The position numbers and the translations under genes were made by a program. 64,000 nucleotides of DNA from Octopus vulgaris (Eukaryota): contig OX597815.1 of the NCBI GenBank assembly GCA_951406725.2, positions 89,156,001 through 89,220,000 of the forward strand, written 5' to 3'. The notes under the pieces were generated by a model, which was not told the DNA's origin, searched no databases, and saw only the letters and a program-made list of their open reading frames with translations. The stretch's first letter is position 1, and each line of letters starts with the position of its first letter. Positions 12,500 to 27,654 of this stretch are shown in pieces.

Positions 12500-14200
12500 C
12501 CTGCAGCGATGGGAGATCTGGTATCCCAAATAAAAATTTATCCTGATGTTTTTGAAGACTTAGACATCTACACCTCGCAAATCTCTGAGGCTGTTTCGCT
12601 GAATTTTGAATAGTTATTAACCATTAAACCCAAGCTGTTACAGTACTAAATCCTTATCCTAGACGGAGAAATTGGATCTTTGGTACTATACAGTGTCGTT
12701 CATTTCGGTGGTTAGTATAGATTTTGATTCCAAAGTTGGGAGCTAAACCTTTCTGGATCTTCTATATGTATATCAGTTCATATCTTTCACGTCTTATATC
12801 TCGGGAGTAGAGCTTCAGTTCCTTTAGTGCTTCTCAGTAGTTCATGTATTTCACCGGATCAATCTCCTTTGAGCAGTGGCAACGGATTGTCGCGTGTTCT
12901 GCCATCAATTTGATGCTCTGCGGCGACCATAATTGGAAGCAGTAATCCAGACTACTGATTATGATGGTTCTCCACAAGAGTAGCATGATACACTTTCTCC
13001 TGGTTCTGAAAGAACCCAGAATCGATCCGACTACTCGCCTGAACAATGTTAACATCTTGGAAATACGCACATGAAATGTTGCATCATTTACTCATGCGGA
13101 TTCCTAGGTCGGGCCCCAGTCCTGACTCTGGGATTACACCATCCCCTGGTCCTAGTATTCCAGTTGTTATCTGTTTGTGAGCCGATAGTGGAATACTTGA
13201 GACTGCCTGTTATATTCATCAGCCCACCTGTATATTGCATTCAGGTCTATCAGGGTCCTTCGCCCGCCTGTGATATTTTTGTATCATCAGCATAGCTGGT
13301 TTAGAGTTGCTGACAGTATTGCTGAGGGCATGTCTGAGAAAGCAACCACAAACAAGTAATGTTCCTTGTACAGTTCCGTGAGGGCTTGATAACTTCCTGG
13401 AGAGAGTACCGTTAGGTGTTTCACTTCTGGATTCTACCTTTCAAAACGTCATGCAGCCATTCTTCTAATTTTCCAGCGATACCAACGTCACGCAGTTTGT
13501 GACATAGCACCCCATGATCAACTTGTCAAAGGCCCTCGCAAAGTCGAGATATAGTACATCCACATTTGAGCGGTTGAGCTTTTGTTTTAGTACTCAGTCA
13601 TAGTGATTTTGTAGTGGCGTGGGGCAGCTCATCGCTGAACGGAAGGCGTATTGCTTATTTGTGATTAAGTTATTTTCTTCCAGGAACATGTTCAGCCACC
13701 TTCTGAGAAACGAGTTCCGTAGCCTTGCTAACATGCGACGTCAGAGAGACAGGCCTATAATTTTTAACATCCGCTCTGCTTTCTCTGTTATAGATAAGGC
13801 ATATGATACCCTTTCTTAACAGTTTTGAAAGTTTGTAGCATACAAGAAAACACTGAAAAAATATTTGCAGTAGTTTTGCGAGAGGGGTCTTGCATGTCTT
13901 TCAATAGCCGAAATTCCTTATCAGCCCATTGCTGAATTTGCGCTCTTCTCATCGATAGCCGATTTTACATCTTTCTCCTTTATGTCGATGTAATCTATGG
14001 TTGACTCTTTCCCGTGTAGATATGCAGTAACGAAGAACTCATCAAGCATGCATATTTGCATATTTTCCAGTGAAGTATTTAAGATACTTTGGGATTGTTT
14101 ATTTAGCACTTCACTTATACTCCTGGTGACTGCAGTTAGTAAATGTGTCTTCTTCAAACAGTAGTCCTATCTTGTCGTGCACCGAGGCAGATTCTTTTGT
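12500..14200 (-). mobile_element. CR1/L2-group LINE ORF2 (reverse transcriptase) relic
   Basis: Minus strand gives NVDVLYLDFARAFDK (~13525-13568), SYADDTKIS (~13270-13297) and LDYCFQLWSP (ORF 12834-13070); multiple frameshifts. Confidence 0.85.
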
Positions 14201-14229
14201 AATCATACACAATAAACAAAATATTAATT

Positions 14230-14435
14230 TCAAATTTTGATACAAGACCAGCAATTTCAGGGGAAGGGTTAAGTAGGTTGCATCAACCCCAGTTCTGAGC
14301 CGGTTCTTATTTTATCGATCCCAAAGGGATGAAAAGCAAAGTCGACCTTGGCGTGATCTGAACACGGAACGTAAACTCAGAAGATATATCGTTAAGCATT
14401 TTGTCCGGCGAAATAACCATTCTGCCAACTCGCCA
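14230..14435 (-). mobile_element. SINE family A, diverged, tail type 3
   Basis: gggatgaaaagcaaagtcgaccttggcg...taagcattttgtccggcg. Confidence 0.8.
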
Positions 14436-15289
14436 GATTATTTACAGAAAGTATTAAAGATGAAATAAAATGTTAACCTGAAAGGAAGGAATTGTGAACA
14501 ACTCTGTGACACAACCAGCTCTGAAACAACTCAAATTGCTAAAATTAATATTAAAAAAACATATTGCTAATTATCAGTATATATAATTGTCACTGAGCTC
14601 TACTGTATATGTAATAGTAGTTCAAGCGAAAATTATTACTCACATCACATTTAATAATTAATGAATACGCTTCTTTATGGTAAATCTTGTTTAGAAATGA
14701 ATCATTGAATCACTTATCAAAAATACATTGCAGACATCGGTTCGCCGCATGCTTACATTTTGTTCTTTGGCGATTTCCACTCTAGTGTTCTACCACGGCT
14801 GCCTGAAATATCGCAGACCTTTAGACAACCAGGCAGGGGTATTCCTATAAATCGATTTGCTAAAGAGGAAAGTCAAAGATTCCTCAAATCAGACACCGAT
14901 GACTTAAAAGAAAGGTTAGAAAATAAAAAAAAGAAAAACGAAGGCTACGTTTAGTAATATCGGCAAGCCTTCAAGATGATATGTCTGAAAAGGTCTGTAG
15001 TAATAATTGTTTTCTTTATTTTTATCAGAAATCTTTTCGAGCAGAACTAACCTCTTTATCATTCTCATCATTAGTAATACGAAAGACATCATCCCCACTA
15101 CCATCAATCACCCCTGCTACTAATACCGCCATTAACAATGTCCCAACTTCCGCGACCGCCACCATCACCGCCACAATCCCCTTCACAACCAATATTATGA
15201 TCTTGATCGTGATGGCATCATGAAGTTCATCCAGTTCTATAATGATGGCATTATGAAATTCATCCAGTTCAATAATGTAAATAGTGAAG

Positions 15290-15390
15290 TTCCTCCTCCT
15301 CCTCCTCCTCCTCATCATCATCATCAACAACAACAACAGCAGCAGCAGCAGTAGCAGCACACAAGTGCAGCAGCTGTAGCAACAATAATA
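15290..15390. repeat. Compound trinucleotide tract (CCT/CAT/CAA/CAG)
   Basis: Seen directly. Confidence 0.9.
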
Positions 15391-18300
15391 AGAGCAACGA
15401 GAAGAACGCCGGAGTAGGTGAGTATCCAATTTAGAAACATAAACTCTCTTGCTATGGAAAAATCTATTTCTCAAACTTTTAATTTCCAGGCGGCCATATA
15501 AACGTCACTAACATATCATATCGATATGATGCACTATAATATGAACAGTTAATTAACTATGAAGAAAAAATATCAAAAGTTTCTATGTTAATAGTTGTAT
15601 TGTAGGAGGGAGGGCTGTGTCCATGATCTGTGTAAGGCTTTCAAAACTGGTAGAAAGATGCGAGTTAGTTATCCTCACAAGGGAAACTTGAACAAAATAC
15701 TTGCTGCTCTGAGAACTCTGCTTACGTTACCCAAGAAATTAAATGGTAGTGTGAAGCAATGATGGTTTGTCATCCCTAGCTTCTCTATGGGATATAATCA
15801 AGAATTGCGCTATGAAACTTATTAAATACTGCCGTATAAAAATGCCTATTAAAATTGGAGACAAATGACAATAAGATTACATAGTCTTTTACAAAACATT
15901 TATTGCCAAATCTCACCGAAATGGTCATCGTCTTTTATCGCTTTGCTAAAACAAGTAACGCTTTCATTCAAGAATTTGAAATTGAACATTGTCAAAAGCA
16001 ATGAATATGTACGCATATACTACAAACAACATATACACCTCTTTTATAGTTATAAGGTTTGTATATAATGTTTGTGGGATATACATCATGTACGACTTTA
16101 TTTAGTATAAATCTAAATTAATATATAACAGTCGCCTGTCTTTATGCTTACTCAGTGCTCCTACCTTTTCTCTTCCCCATCTTTCTCTCTTTCTCATTTT
16201 ACATCTTTATCTCCTTTACATCTCTCTTGGTCTTTATCTTTCTTTCTCCGTATGAATGTGTCTGTGTGTGCATGTGTGTGTGTGTACAAGCTCTGTTTTC
16301 TCTGTTGTTTGGACTTTCTTAACACTATATGTAATGATGTCTGTCCAGTGCTTCCTCTTCAAAATATCTCATACATTGGTAATTTTCATTGGCAGATATC
16401 GATCAACTGATAGAAATGAATCTCTGCTGACTGTTGTCGTATCTCCATCATCAACCTGAAATGCTACGATAATAAAAGAGTTGCTCATAACAGTAGGAAA
16501 TCAAAAGACTGCCGGATCCTTTTCAATGTTAACCTCATGACATCCTATTCATTGTTACCGTAATCTAAGTCTATACGATATATTCTCAGTAGGACGTAGT
16601 AACCCGCGCCCATCATAAAATATGCACGGTGTCTTTCTGCAGACAATTTATATCTACATTCATATAGACCATTTTTTGAAATATTGGAGGTGAAATCTTT
16701 TATGTTGTGAGGGAAAATATAAGTCATAAAATCAATATGAGATGTGGTTTTATCCCTGGTATAAAACTTATTTTGTGTTTTGTTCATTACTGCTCCGTGA
16801 TGCTGAGACAGGATGTCAACATGCATAAATATTTTAGTTTTTAATGAACGGAAGACAAGTAGAGATTATTTTCATCATATTTCATATTTGTTCCATGTTT
16901 ATTTTTGTCTAGTCGTTGTAACCATTGGTATCGTTACTGGTACAGCTATTTCTAAAGGCGATCCGGCCGTGGCCAGTCTATTTGTTAAATATAGTGTATT
17001 CGCAACTGTATTGTGCAATGTATTTGTAATTTTCTAAGCCAATAGTGTGTAGTTTGAGTGAGATTGTTCTGAAATTTCTAGCAAGTTGATCTACCACTTA
17101 TAAGTTGCTTTGTTACTGTGTGCGTTGCATTCTGGTTGTTAAGAATCGAGAACAATAAACGAAAGTAATATATGTCATTAGTCTAGGCAAACAATATATT
17201 TTTAGTTTGAAATATATTTATCCATTTTCCCTTTCCATCAGTAAAACACCTTTTTGCGTTCAAAAGGAATAATTGTTAGACATAACAATTGAAAGTTTTC
17301 GTATGAGTCGTTTCATATACTGTATCTAATATATATTACGAGCTTTCTAGAGTAGTATTTTACTGCTAGTTATGAACCTTCGTTATTAGAATACTGCGTA
17401 CTGTATAACCACTAGTTTCATGAGGCCCTGGGTACTTTGACCTAGTAGCTTTTGTTGATACACAAAATCATGTTATATAGAAATTCATACATCATAGGAA
17501 ATATCTAAAGAAATGTTTCAGTAGTTATACAAGTTGTTTTCTAAGATTTTTAGACAATCTTTCGGTTTTCATATTCATCGCAATATAGTTTAATTTTTCA
17601 TTCTATTCATATACTCATAATAAATAAATCAAAGCAGGAAATGTTGTATGTCAATCCAAATCATTATAGCTATTCAATTTACTTACCTTTTCGTCGCCAA
17701 ATAAATTATTTTCCAGCGTTCTACTTGATTTGACCTTTTTGTTATAAACTCATACTGACTCTACTAGAACTGATTCGTTCTCATTTTAGATTTAGAAGTC
17801 GGAAATTATATTTCACCAGCGTCTTGCAACTGCAAATACAAAACGTGTTACTAATTTGAAATTAAACTCAAACAATCTTATCCTGAAGAACCTAAAAAAA
17901 CAAACAAGTATTTTGATCTATTACAGCTTATTTGATTTCATATAATTAGTATATATTCGCATTGCAGGTTTTGAATATCACTGGCTTTATCAAAGTTACA
18001 TATATAAATACAGATTACTTATAAGTTGTAACCTTTTGGCTATTTCCTTGTTAAACTATATTATTTTTTCTCACATACGAATTCGAATTTGGCATCTAAA
18101 CGTATTCTGATAATGTAGTTGTACAGAATCGGAAGTATCTGTATCTGATCACAATTCAGTGCCAACTTGATATTGCTCTACGGTAAGAACAAGTGCTCTG
18201 AGTTCCTTGCCCATTTTAGCTACGTTCGTACCTCGCCTCTGTAAATTTAGTTGAAGAAATAATTAATATCGATATCAGCTTACTCTCTCACTTTCTCCTT

Positions 18301-20704
18301 ACTCTCTCTTTCTCTCTCACACACACAAACATACGTGCATACAAACATGTCAGTGTGTGTGCGTGTGTGTGCGTGCGTGTGTATTTGCGTATGTGAGTCT
18401 CACTGTATTTGTAGAGAACCTCTTGCAATACATATTCGGTAGAAGTTTGCATCTACGGCTCAGTAGTTTGCTCTGTGGTAACATATTTCCGGTTTCGATC
18501 CCACTGCGTGGGTCATGGTTCATATTGTACTCTAATAGGAATCAGACTGCTCAAACTCAAAAATACTAAAACTGCCCCTAGCAAATCTTAAATTAAGGAC
18601 GACACTGTCTGATGAATGCAATATAAAATTTCAAAATTCAAACAAATAACAAGAGTGGCTTAAATAACAATCGATTCAAAAGTAAAGAAATCCAAAGATT
18701 AATTGAATAGTTAATGTTTCCATTCTCCAAGTTCAAATCTTAACTGTAATGAATACGAAACTTATTTTTAGTTACCATACTAAATAACTACTACTATCTA
18801 TTAGTTATCAGAAATGCACCCATTGCATATCTTTACTTGCGAACCAAATGAACTCTGCATTCCCAATTGTACCATCATAAAACATAAGGCTTTCGTGAGT
18901 AATCGAAACAAAACTAATAGTAATTATGAATTCATTTTAACTTTGTTATAATAGCTTTCTATATAAATAATTCAGTAGTTAATTTTAGTTCCAGATATTC
19001 TTTGGGCATATATCATTACACATTCTTAGATTATGACAGAACATAAGTCGTAACTTGCAGATAGTTTAATGAAAAAATATTGATTTTATTATTGGGAATA
19101 TTTAACAGCTAAAGAGAGCTCTGCCAAGTATAAATCATTTACATATAGAATCAACATAGCAAGAAGGAAAACTTGGCATACTTTTGACAACAGAACAATC
19201 TTCCGCAGAGTGTGTTTAAACATGATGCGTCATATGCAAGATACAACAAAATTAAATAAAATGATAGGATAGGACAAATATTCCAAATGCAGTTTTGGTT
19301 ACCATGTAATAGACACTAACTGGAAACTATTCCACGAGTTTAAATAGATACAGTTATTTAAGTTTATATATACGGTTTTGTACTTTTTGCTATTCTCATA
19401 ATATTTTTTTTTTCAAATCAATGAAATATAGTAATTCTATATCATCCATTTTCATTCTTGGAATACAGTCAATTCTTAAATTTCTGCGTGTGTGAAGATT
19501 ACTTCTAGTTGTAGCATATTGAACTATTGGACTTTGTAGATTCATTACTCAGTTTCGAATTCTATTCAGAAAGTCAGTAGTCCGCGTCAAATCAATAAAT
19601 GTACATTAAGTGTAACGTATTAAAGCGTAATTTTCAACGTGCTGTTTATAATTTCTCAAATAAATACCATGCATCGATAGACATAATTTCTTTACAAACA
19701 GGTCACTGACTAAAGGAAAAGCATTCATATAACCTAAAATGTTATCTTCAAAATCTCGTTCAAGAATCACTATGCGTTATATTTCTAAATACATACTGTA
19801 TTGATATTCTGTAACGTTATTAGGTGTCAAGGCGATGATTGCTTAGGAAATTTCGAGTGAAGTAACACTTATATATCGTTGGAATTAATCCAAAATGGCT
19901 GTCCTTTGGAAGAATCGGTAGAAATTCGACAAATTTCTTTCCAATATCTATTCCAGTTTTTCATGTTCTTATTTCAAATTCAGGCAAAGTCACTTCCGCT
20001 TTTCATCCTCTGGCAATAAATAAAACACAGACAGACAGACAGACACACACACACACACACACACACTTAATTTAGAAATAAATAGAAAGAATTCTTGATA
20101 GAGTCAGCTAATTCGGAGAAAGATTTTCAGAAACCCAAAGTTATTAATTATACTAGTAAAAAAAATTTTTTTAAACACGCAACAACACAAATTTTAGGGA
20201 AACGAGCTTTTGTAATGTATCTGCGCTTTCATTTTTTACTTTTCAAACACACTTATTACGGGGTAATCTCTATAGAGGAAGTTGATTTTAGTAATAGTGT
20301 TGATTTTTACGATTTAGTTTTGGATTTATAGTTCTTATAATGTATTTCACTTTGCATTCTGGTGTTGATAATTCTCTTCCTTTATTTTGAAAAAGAAAAC
20401 TCCGATTATTTTGAACTTTGAATTTGCACAAATGTCTAGGTGTTTACTAAACCGAACATTTTAAAGAGAAGGAGTTTTGATTTGTTGCCTATGTATCCTA
20501 TGTATTCATTTTGATCCCGTTTGGCTGATATAATTGTCATTAAATTGTGGCTCTGTAATGTAGCGGATATTTAATTTTTGCTTTGCAATTCGTAGTTGCA
20601 TTAACTTCAGTTCCTTTTCACGCGTCCGACAACGAACGTTTTCACATTTTGTTGCGTGCATTATTTCTTCAGTTGGGAATTTTACCTTTACTCTTTTTAC
20701 TCTT

Positions 20705-21102
20705 TTTACTTGTTTCAGTCATTTGACTGCGGCCATGCTGGAGCACCACCTTTAGTCGAGCAAATCGACCCCGGGACTTATTCTTTGTAAGCCCAGTACT
20801 TATTCTATCGGTCTCTTTTGCCGAACCGCTAAGTGACGGGGACGTAAACACACCAGCATCGGTCGTCAAGCAATGCTAGGGGAACAAACACAGACACACA
20901 AACATATTCACACACATATATATATATATACATATATACGACAGGCTTCTTTCAGTTTCCGTCTACCAAATCCACTCACAAGGCATTGGTCGGCCCGGGG
21001 CTATAGCAGAAGATACTTGCCTAAGATGCCACGCAATGGGACTGAACCCGGAACCATGTGGTTGGTTAGCAAGCTACTTACCAAACAGCCACTCCTGCGC
21101 CT
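20705..21102 (-). mobile_element. SINE family B, full length
   Basis: Near-identical to 4755-5172; abuts the Penelope-like relic. Confidence 0.92.
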
Positions 21103-21760
21103 TTGTTGAGAAACTTTTAAGATTTGGCGGTTGTTTTGGCTTGTTGATATTTTATGACACTTTATTTTCTGAAATTTAATAATTGGCGTAGGATTAAAAG
21201 TTATTATTTGACCGAATTTGATATGTCATGATTTTCAGGGTTATGGTAACTACAAATTTAATCTGTAGTCTTATGTCTTTGGTTTTGTCTTGGTTCCTAT
21301 TGCAAAAGTGTCTCCGTAAGACAGAGAATGGGATCTTTCTGGTTGGGTTAGGATATGATTTGCTAAGTTTTGCAGGTATTTCTGTTTCTTAAGGAATACT
21401 TTTATTTCAACCAGCCATCTCCCTCCTGTAATTGTATATGTAACTATTGAAAATGTACACCTTGCTATATTAAATGGGTTGTTTCTTTTAATATGGAATG
21501 GGTGTTAAGTTGTAAAATCTACGTTATGGTATGTATCCGTGTCATTGCAGTAGATATCGGTTGTAACAATCTCGCTTTTCTTAATTTCAAGAATGTCCAA
21601 TACAGAAAGTTTCGTTTCGTTCATATCTATTGTGAATTGAGTCGATTTATGAATGCTGTTTATTAATTTCAGGAAACTTGTAAGGTTACTCTTACTTCCG
21701 TTCCAAAATCTGAAACATTTATCCATATGTATGTATGTGCTTCTGTGTTCCACTATTTCA
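21103..21760 (-). mobile_element. Penelope-like element RT/thumb relic
   Basis: ORF 21505-21831 contains MDKCFRFW...FLKLINSIHKSTQFT...LSVLDI...TTDIYCNDTDT (PLE pattern YIDD-F-W...LN-H-I-FT...FLD...TD-Y-K-T); KQPPNLK at ~21115-21137. Confidence 0.8.
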
Positions 21761-24700
21761 CGAATGCTCCGACTAATAAACACTAATGAATTGTGTGTAA
21801 GAAGTGACTTGCTAGAATTAGGAATTATCAACTGCCTCTAGTCCTGAATAAACTAGATCTCACTGCACACGTTTCCTTATCAATCATTATAATTTTGAAA
21901 TTATAACTGAATATTACTTACATAAATTTCGCTAAATCATGCGTACTATATGTGTAAGAATATGCGAAATAGACTTATATAATGCCAAAGTTACACGTGC
22001 CCGTCAGTTCCGGGTAATGACTGAAGGAAATCGCCATTTTTTCTCAACAGGCGCATTTCCTATCTTGTGGAATATCTTGAAATAATTTCAAGTCACAAGG
22101 AACACCCTACAGAAATAGTTCTTCATTAATCTATTCCTTTCTCTTCCTTAAATTAAATTCCATAAGAGATTAAAGGGATCATAGAAATGCCTTTGAAACT
22201 TTGAGAAGTGCTAGGTCCATTAGACGCCATGATTATTGCTTATGAAATTTTGCCTTAACTAAGATTTGGTTTGGATCAAATTACTGCGCAGTTTTCCGTT
22301 AAGATATCAGTTTTCCCTTCGGGTTTCGTACACCTGAAGGCAAGATTTCCCTTCTTTAGAAATATGCCATGTATGTATGTAATAAAGTTATAAATGTAGA
22401 ATTAACCATCAAAATTATTCCAAAATGCATTTGCGTATATGTAGCCTATTATTCATAAATATTTTTCATTGAACATTAGGTTTCCGTGAAAACTTGGTTT
22501 GCAAACCCTGATCAACAGTTATCCATTTTGATACAACGTCGTTATCAATGTTTTCCATAGAGACACATGATATTCCTGCATCTGGTATGAACACAAAGAA
22601 ACGAGAGCAAGCCTTCGAGGGAACCCTGATGCGGTTTTTCAATTTGTGACATATAACCATCAAAATAGCCTCATATCACACTCAACACCTTAAAAACAAA
22701 TGACATACTGGGTAATATAGCCCTTGATACACGATGTCATAACATAAGTTTATTTTCGTATAGCTCTGCAAGATGAAGGTTGATCTTCGCCTGAACAACA
22801 GCGACAATCCGAAAAGTATACTTAAGCAATATATGCATGGCCTGTTACCCTCCTCAAAAACAAATTGTAAAACTACACTCGTTTATTATAAACAACTGCT
22901 GGGCGAAGTTCTCTAGTTATAAAACGTACAAGTCGAATGTAATATTACAGAGAATTGAGAGAGCTTTTGGGGAGAGGGACACGTATTTATATTCCCACTT
23001 CTGTTCTCACTTATTTCTTCAAACGCATCCTCAATTCAAATTAGTTTGTCAACATTTTACCACAAGGAAGACAAATACGTCAATTACATGCTGGTTTCTA
23101 TTCCGTCTGTCTGCTACTTTTAGCTAACATAAATGATATTCAATTCATATTATGACTATGAATGTCGTTCACCCCACGTAACGCTAACATTTAATATATA
23201 ATTTTTTCAACATCCACTTGCATAGGAAATGTTATTTCGACGCAGGTCTCTGAAAGGTGACTGTTAAAAGACAAAGTTCTAAAGATCAGACAATACACTA
23301 ATCACTCAATATACAATGACCTCATCTAAAGAGCCCAAGGTGCCAGCAAGTCAATATGTAAAACCATTAAAAAAAAATAAAAATCTGTATTTGAAGTAAT
23401 ATTGTGACGCCAATGCTGAAATGTTGAATGCAGATAGAAATACAACTACAATAGTAGCACTAGCATTTCTTAAAAGAGTAATTGCATAAAAGTCGATAGT
23501 TCACATAACTTTAGGATGTGGTTCTTCAATTTGAATTATTTGATGTCTGCACTTACTTTTATGGTTATAGCTTGTATGTATATCAGAAGACAGTGTTATA
23601 AAATATTTTTTACGTGACTCCCTCACGTTACCAAAGATAGTTATTTGCTGCAATCCATTATAGACAAAACTTATTCCAATATGCATATCCAAGAGTTGAG
23701 AAATTGGAAACCTGATTTATTTGAGAGTTATTTTTTTGCATAAAATATTGAAGCAGTAAATGTGCGAGTGAACAAGTGTATACATTAGAAAGGTAAACAA
23801 TTTCTGTGACACAGATTAGTTTTCTCTTTGATGCATTACACCATGTTCTGATTTTTCGGGTTTATAGTGGCATAATCGTGAGTACATATAATTCGATATT
23901 AAATATTTCTCTTGCATCTTGCAATCAAAACAGTTTCGACGTTGACAAATGTAAGTACGTTTTTTTCCAACATGCCAAATTGTGCTCTGATAAAGAGTTG
24001 TTTATTATTTTTTGAAAATCGAGCAATGCCCTTGGCTCGCTGGATGGCTATTTTATCGCATTATGTTGTATTGTAGTAGGATTTATTTCAGTTGTAACTA
24101 ATGGTATATTTTGCCACTTTAGTTCCCAGTGCAAGAATTGAAATACTAACGCCTAAACCTTAGTTCTTCCAACTTTTGGCCTCAAGGAAATAAGCACTAA
24201 TCAAGCAACGGTCTTAATTAATTCGCCCACAACAACCCAACAAAATATTTAGCCGTTTATCAAATATAGACATTCATATTAGTAGCCGAAGATGGGTTTA
24301 ATGAAATGAGGAAGGAAGCATTAATATTACATCTTTTTCCTGGATTTATTACTCTGTATAACCGATCTTAAGATAAAATAGATGTTCCAAGTTATTGATA
24401 TTTGGCTTTCCTCTTAGTATCGGAAAGATATAATTTTCGTACTGAATTCATTATAGAAGGTTATATAAATTATAAATATTAAAGTATCCTCAAGAGTTGT
24501 ATGATTTATTTAAAGCGACTGTTAACTGATGTGAACTTCTAATTTAGAACTGAGGCAATGTCCTCACCAGATATTCAGCCTAATAAAACAAATTATTTAA
24601 TGATAAATGCTTTTCTTATGCAAATCATGCACTCAGTATTTCGTTCGGTTGAAGAACTGTAAAGAAATAAATGTATGTGAAGGGTTAAGTGACAAATGAA

Positions 24701-25040
24701 CACCTGATTACTAAATAATTATGTTATCTTTGGTAATAAGCCAAATCTTGTCCTTAGCAAAGAAAAGATATAATATGATAAATTGAAATGTCTATAAGGC
24801 CATTGACTATGAAATATAGTTGAAGATAAGGAAGTTGGATAAATTAGAAACTCATTTGCATCACTACAAAATTCTAACTTTGTTTAGATATTTATGATCA
24901 CAATCATGATTATCATTATCATCATTATTATCACCGTCATATCAATTGTTGCTGGTGTCTTCTCTTGTTGTGTGTCTTCTTCTTCTTCTTCTTCTTCTTC
25001 TTCTTCTCCTCCTCCTCCTCCTCCTCCTCCTCCTCCTCCT

Positions 25041-25345
25041 AACCTCTGCCCTAGCGAAAGCGGAGGTATTTTCAATCGTGTTTGTTTATTTGTTTGTCTT
25101 TGGACAAGATATTCGGATGAATTCGGATGAAATTTTCAGGGATGTTTGGCCTCATAACTAGCACGAACTGATTAGATTTTGGGATCGATCCGGTATCAGG
25201 AAAGGATTTTGAATTATTTTCCCTTTTTCTTACTTAATATTTAAGAGCGGTCAGGGTCATTTTTAGTATTCTTGCTTGTGAGAGTAGTCGAGTGTATTTT
25301 AGATATTCTCATTTTAAAAATCATCTCCGCCTAATCGTTGAAAGA
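25041..25345 (+). mobile_element. Non-autonomous Helentron/DINE-1-like (HINE-type) element, 5' part
   Basis: Terminal stem-loop acctctgc...gcggaggt, then a (gttt)n microsatellite and gattagattttgggatcgatccgg core; homologous to minus-strand 30377-30539 and 31193-31383. Family assignment rests on architecture only. Confidence 0.6.
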
Positions 25346-26100
25346 ACGTCGGCGTTGTCGTTAATGCTTTGTTGAGTTGGTAACTTGTAGGGGTGTGTGC
25401 TCTTTGTTTTTGATTTTACTGCTGTTTCTTAAATTGTTGGATTGTTGTTGCCATTTAAAAATTTTCTTCCCCATTTATAGGTGAGGTGGTGAATAGTGTG
25501 GAGTGCACCAGTGCAGGCGGGTAGTTGTGCCGCGCTGACTGGGTGGAGCTGGTAAGCAGAGGGACTGCAAGTTGCACAGTTTGGATTGCAGGAGAGAAGC
25601 TTTAAAGGGTTCAGCGATTTATTGGGAGGGGAGGGAGGTGGCCTGAAGTTGACGCCCCCGAGCGGGGTGGCAGGTGGAACAGAGAAGGTAGCAGTTGTGG
25701 ACAGAGCATTGGAGATTGCATCGAGAAGGGTGGAAGTGGCAGCTGATGAAGGCGGTCGAGGGGGGCCTCAGAGAGGTTATGAACGTAGCGACGTTCTGCA
25801 CCGGAGGAGGGAAGTGCGGCACAGTGGAGGTGCGCTTCGTGAGTGAGAAGAAAGCGAGGAATTGCTCCACTGTGCCTTTGAGATCAGCAGAGTGGGCGCT
25901 GCTACCGACTTACTGTGGCAAACGTGCGGCCAGAGTAAGAATAGGTAGAGTTTCCCCAGAAATTGATGAGACGTGGCATCCAAAAGGAAAAACATAAGAA
26001 CAATAGGGCAATACCCAAATAGTGTAGAGATAGAGAAGAGAATTGCTATGATGAAGAACCTTATCAGAGTGAAATTAGCGGCCAAAGAGTGTTTCTTGCA
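25346..26100 (+). mobile_element. Gag/ORF1-like retroelement copy 1 (decayed, internally deleted)
   Basis: GKCGTVEVRFVSEKKAR...LRSAEWALLPTYCGKRAARVRIGRVSPEIDETW is homologous to copies 2 and 3; same 5' junction acgtcggcgttgtcgtta. Confidence 0.8.
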
Positions 26101-26469
26101 TTTTAGGAGTGTGAGAATGTGTTTATGTTCGTATGACTGTCTGTATGTGAGTGTTTGAGAGAGTGGGGGCTCTAAAGGTTCTTTCCATTATTTTTCTTGT
26201 TGCTGTTGGTGATGATGTATATACTGGAGTTGATGATGTTGTTGTCTCAGCCGCTTTTGTTGTTCTCGTATCCGGCGATCTTATTAGTTATGCAACCACT
26301 GTTGTACTTGTTGGTGTTGCTGCCATAGCTCTAGGTGACGGCAAATTTGCTGTTCCACCTCTCTTTCTCTCTCTCTCTCTCTCTCTCTATCTCTGTCTCT
26401 GTCTTTCTCTCTGTTGTTGAAACTAACGCTACAAGAGCGGAATTTTGCCTTTATTGTTGCTCTTCTTTA

Positions 26470-27565
26470 AGACGCGATGTTGCAGTGATTCAGTATGGAG
26501 TAGGAATTCTGAAACAGAGGATGAGTTAAAGGAGTTGGACAGGAAAACAAGAAAGCTTCTAAACATTCATGGAGACCAACGTCCACATGGAGACATCGAT
26601 CGTTTATACATAAAGGGAGCATATATTAGTAGGATTCCGATAGGTATGGGAGAATGTGTGCATGTTAAACACAGGAATTTGCTGCGATATCTAAACCAAA
26701 GTAAGGAGACCTTACTAGTAAGAGAAGAGGGCATATTGAAAGCGGAAGAAAAGGAGAAAACAAAAGGAGTACAAAATGTACATGAAGAAGCACTACTCAG
26801 AAGGGTTTACACATGTTTTTTTTTATGTGGACAACTCAGAAATTGCTGGAGAACATAGGTAGGGGTGGTTAAAGAAAGAAACACTTAAAAATGATACTGA
26901 GAGAACTTTACTTACAGCACAAGGGCAAGCGTTTGTCACAAATGGTCAGAAATGAGCAAATGACTATGTTGTGCCGAATATGCAATAAGTTTGATTGAAA
27001 CCATTACCCATATTGTAAATGAACATCTTAAACTTACCCGAAACCATTACAGATTGTGGTGACATAAGAAGATAGCAACATTTTTACTTTGGAACCTGAG
27101 TGAAAAGTGGAAATTAGAAAAAGTGAGACATGGTAAGGCCACAAGCTACAATGAGTGAATGTCGGATTTCTTAACTCAAACAGGCCAACTGCTTGAGCAC
27201 AAGAGACAGAACTTAGTGCTGGCTGATAAAATAGATAACACGTGCTCCGTAATTGATGGTGCATGCCCGTTTGATGCACGTATAGTTAAGAAGGGAGACG
27301 AAAAAGTAGAAATCAGCAGTCCTCTTAAATACGAAATGGCGAAGATAGTGCCGAGTATTGTCGAGGTCGTAGGGGCAGTATCAAAAGATATCAACAGGAC
27401 CATAAAGAAAATGGATATAGAGTGCTCAGTAGAACTGTTACAAAATAGTTAGGTCCTTGGCACAGCAAAAATTATCAGGTAAGTCCTAGATAGTTGAAGA
27501 GAAACAGGGTAAGGTCGCCACTCATGTAAGATTGCTGGAGTTCCAAGAAAACCTGAGTTAAGAGA
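26470..27565 (+). mobile_element. Dong/R4-clade non-LTR retrotransposon, 3' relic with restriction-like endonuclease
   Basis: ELKELDRKTRKLLNIHG..P..DIDRLY, WLKKETLK..TE, a decayed CCHC region, then KRQNLVLADK...IDGACPFD...EKVE..LKYE; followed directly by (TAA)n. Confidence 0.8.
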
Positions 27566-27576
27566 ATAAATAAATA

Positions 27577-27654
<78 letters not shown>

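Noticed and set aside
15210-15275. 33-bp direct repeat pair as a possible CRISPR-like array
   Set aside because: Two adjacent units with no spacer, eukaryotic context, no cas genes.
15290-15424. CAG-rich stretch followed by a donor-like AG|GTGAGT
   Set aside because: Low complexity, stops in two frames, no convincing acceptor or protein similarity.
16900-17000. GTAISKGDPAVASLF resembling a Penelope RT motif
   Set aside because: A single weak motif without supporting neighbours.
17687-17829. Minus-strand segment bounded by good acceptor (tttgcag) and donor (aag|gtaagt)
   Set aside because: Stops in all three frames; such pairs are expected by chance. It could be a non-coding exon, but that needs RNA-seq.
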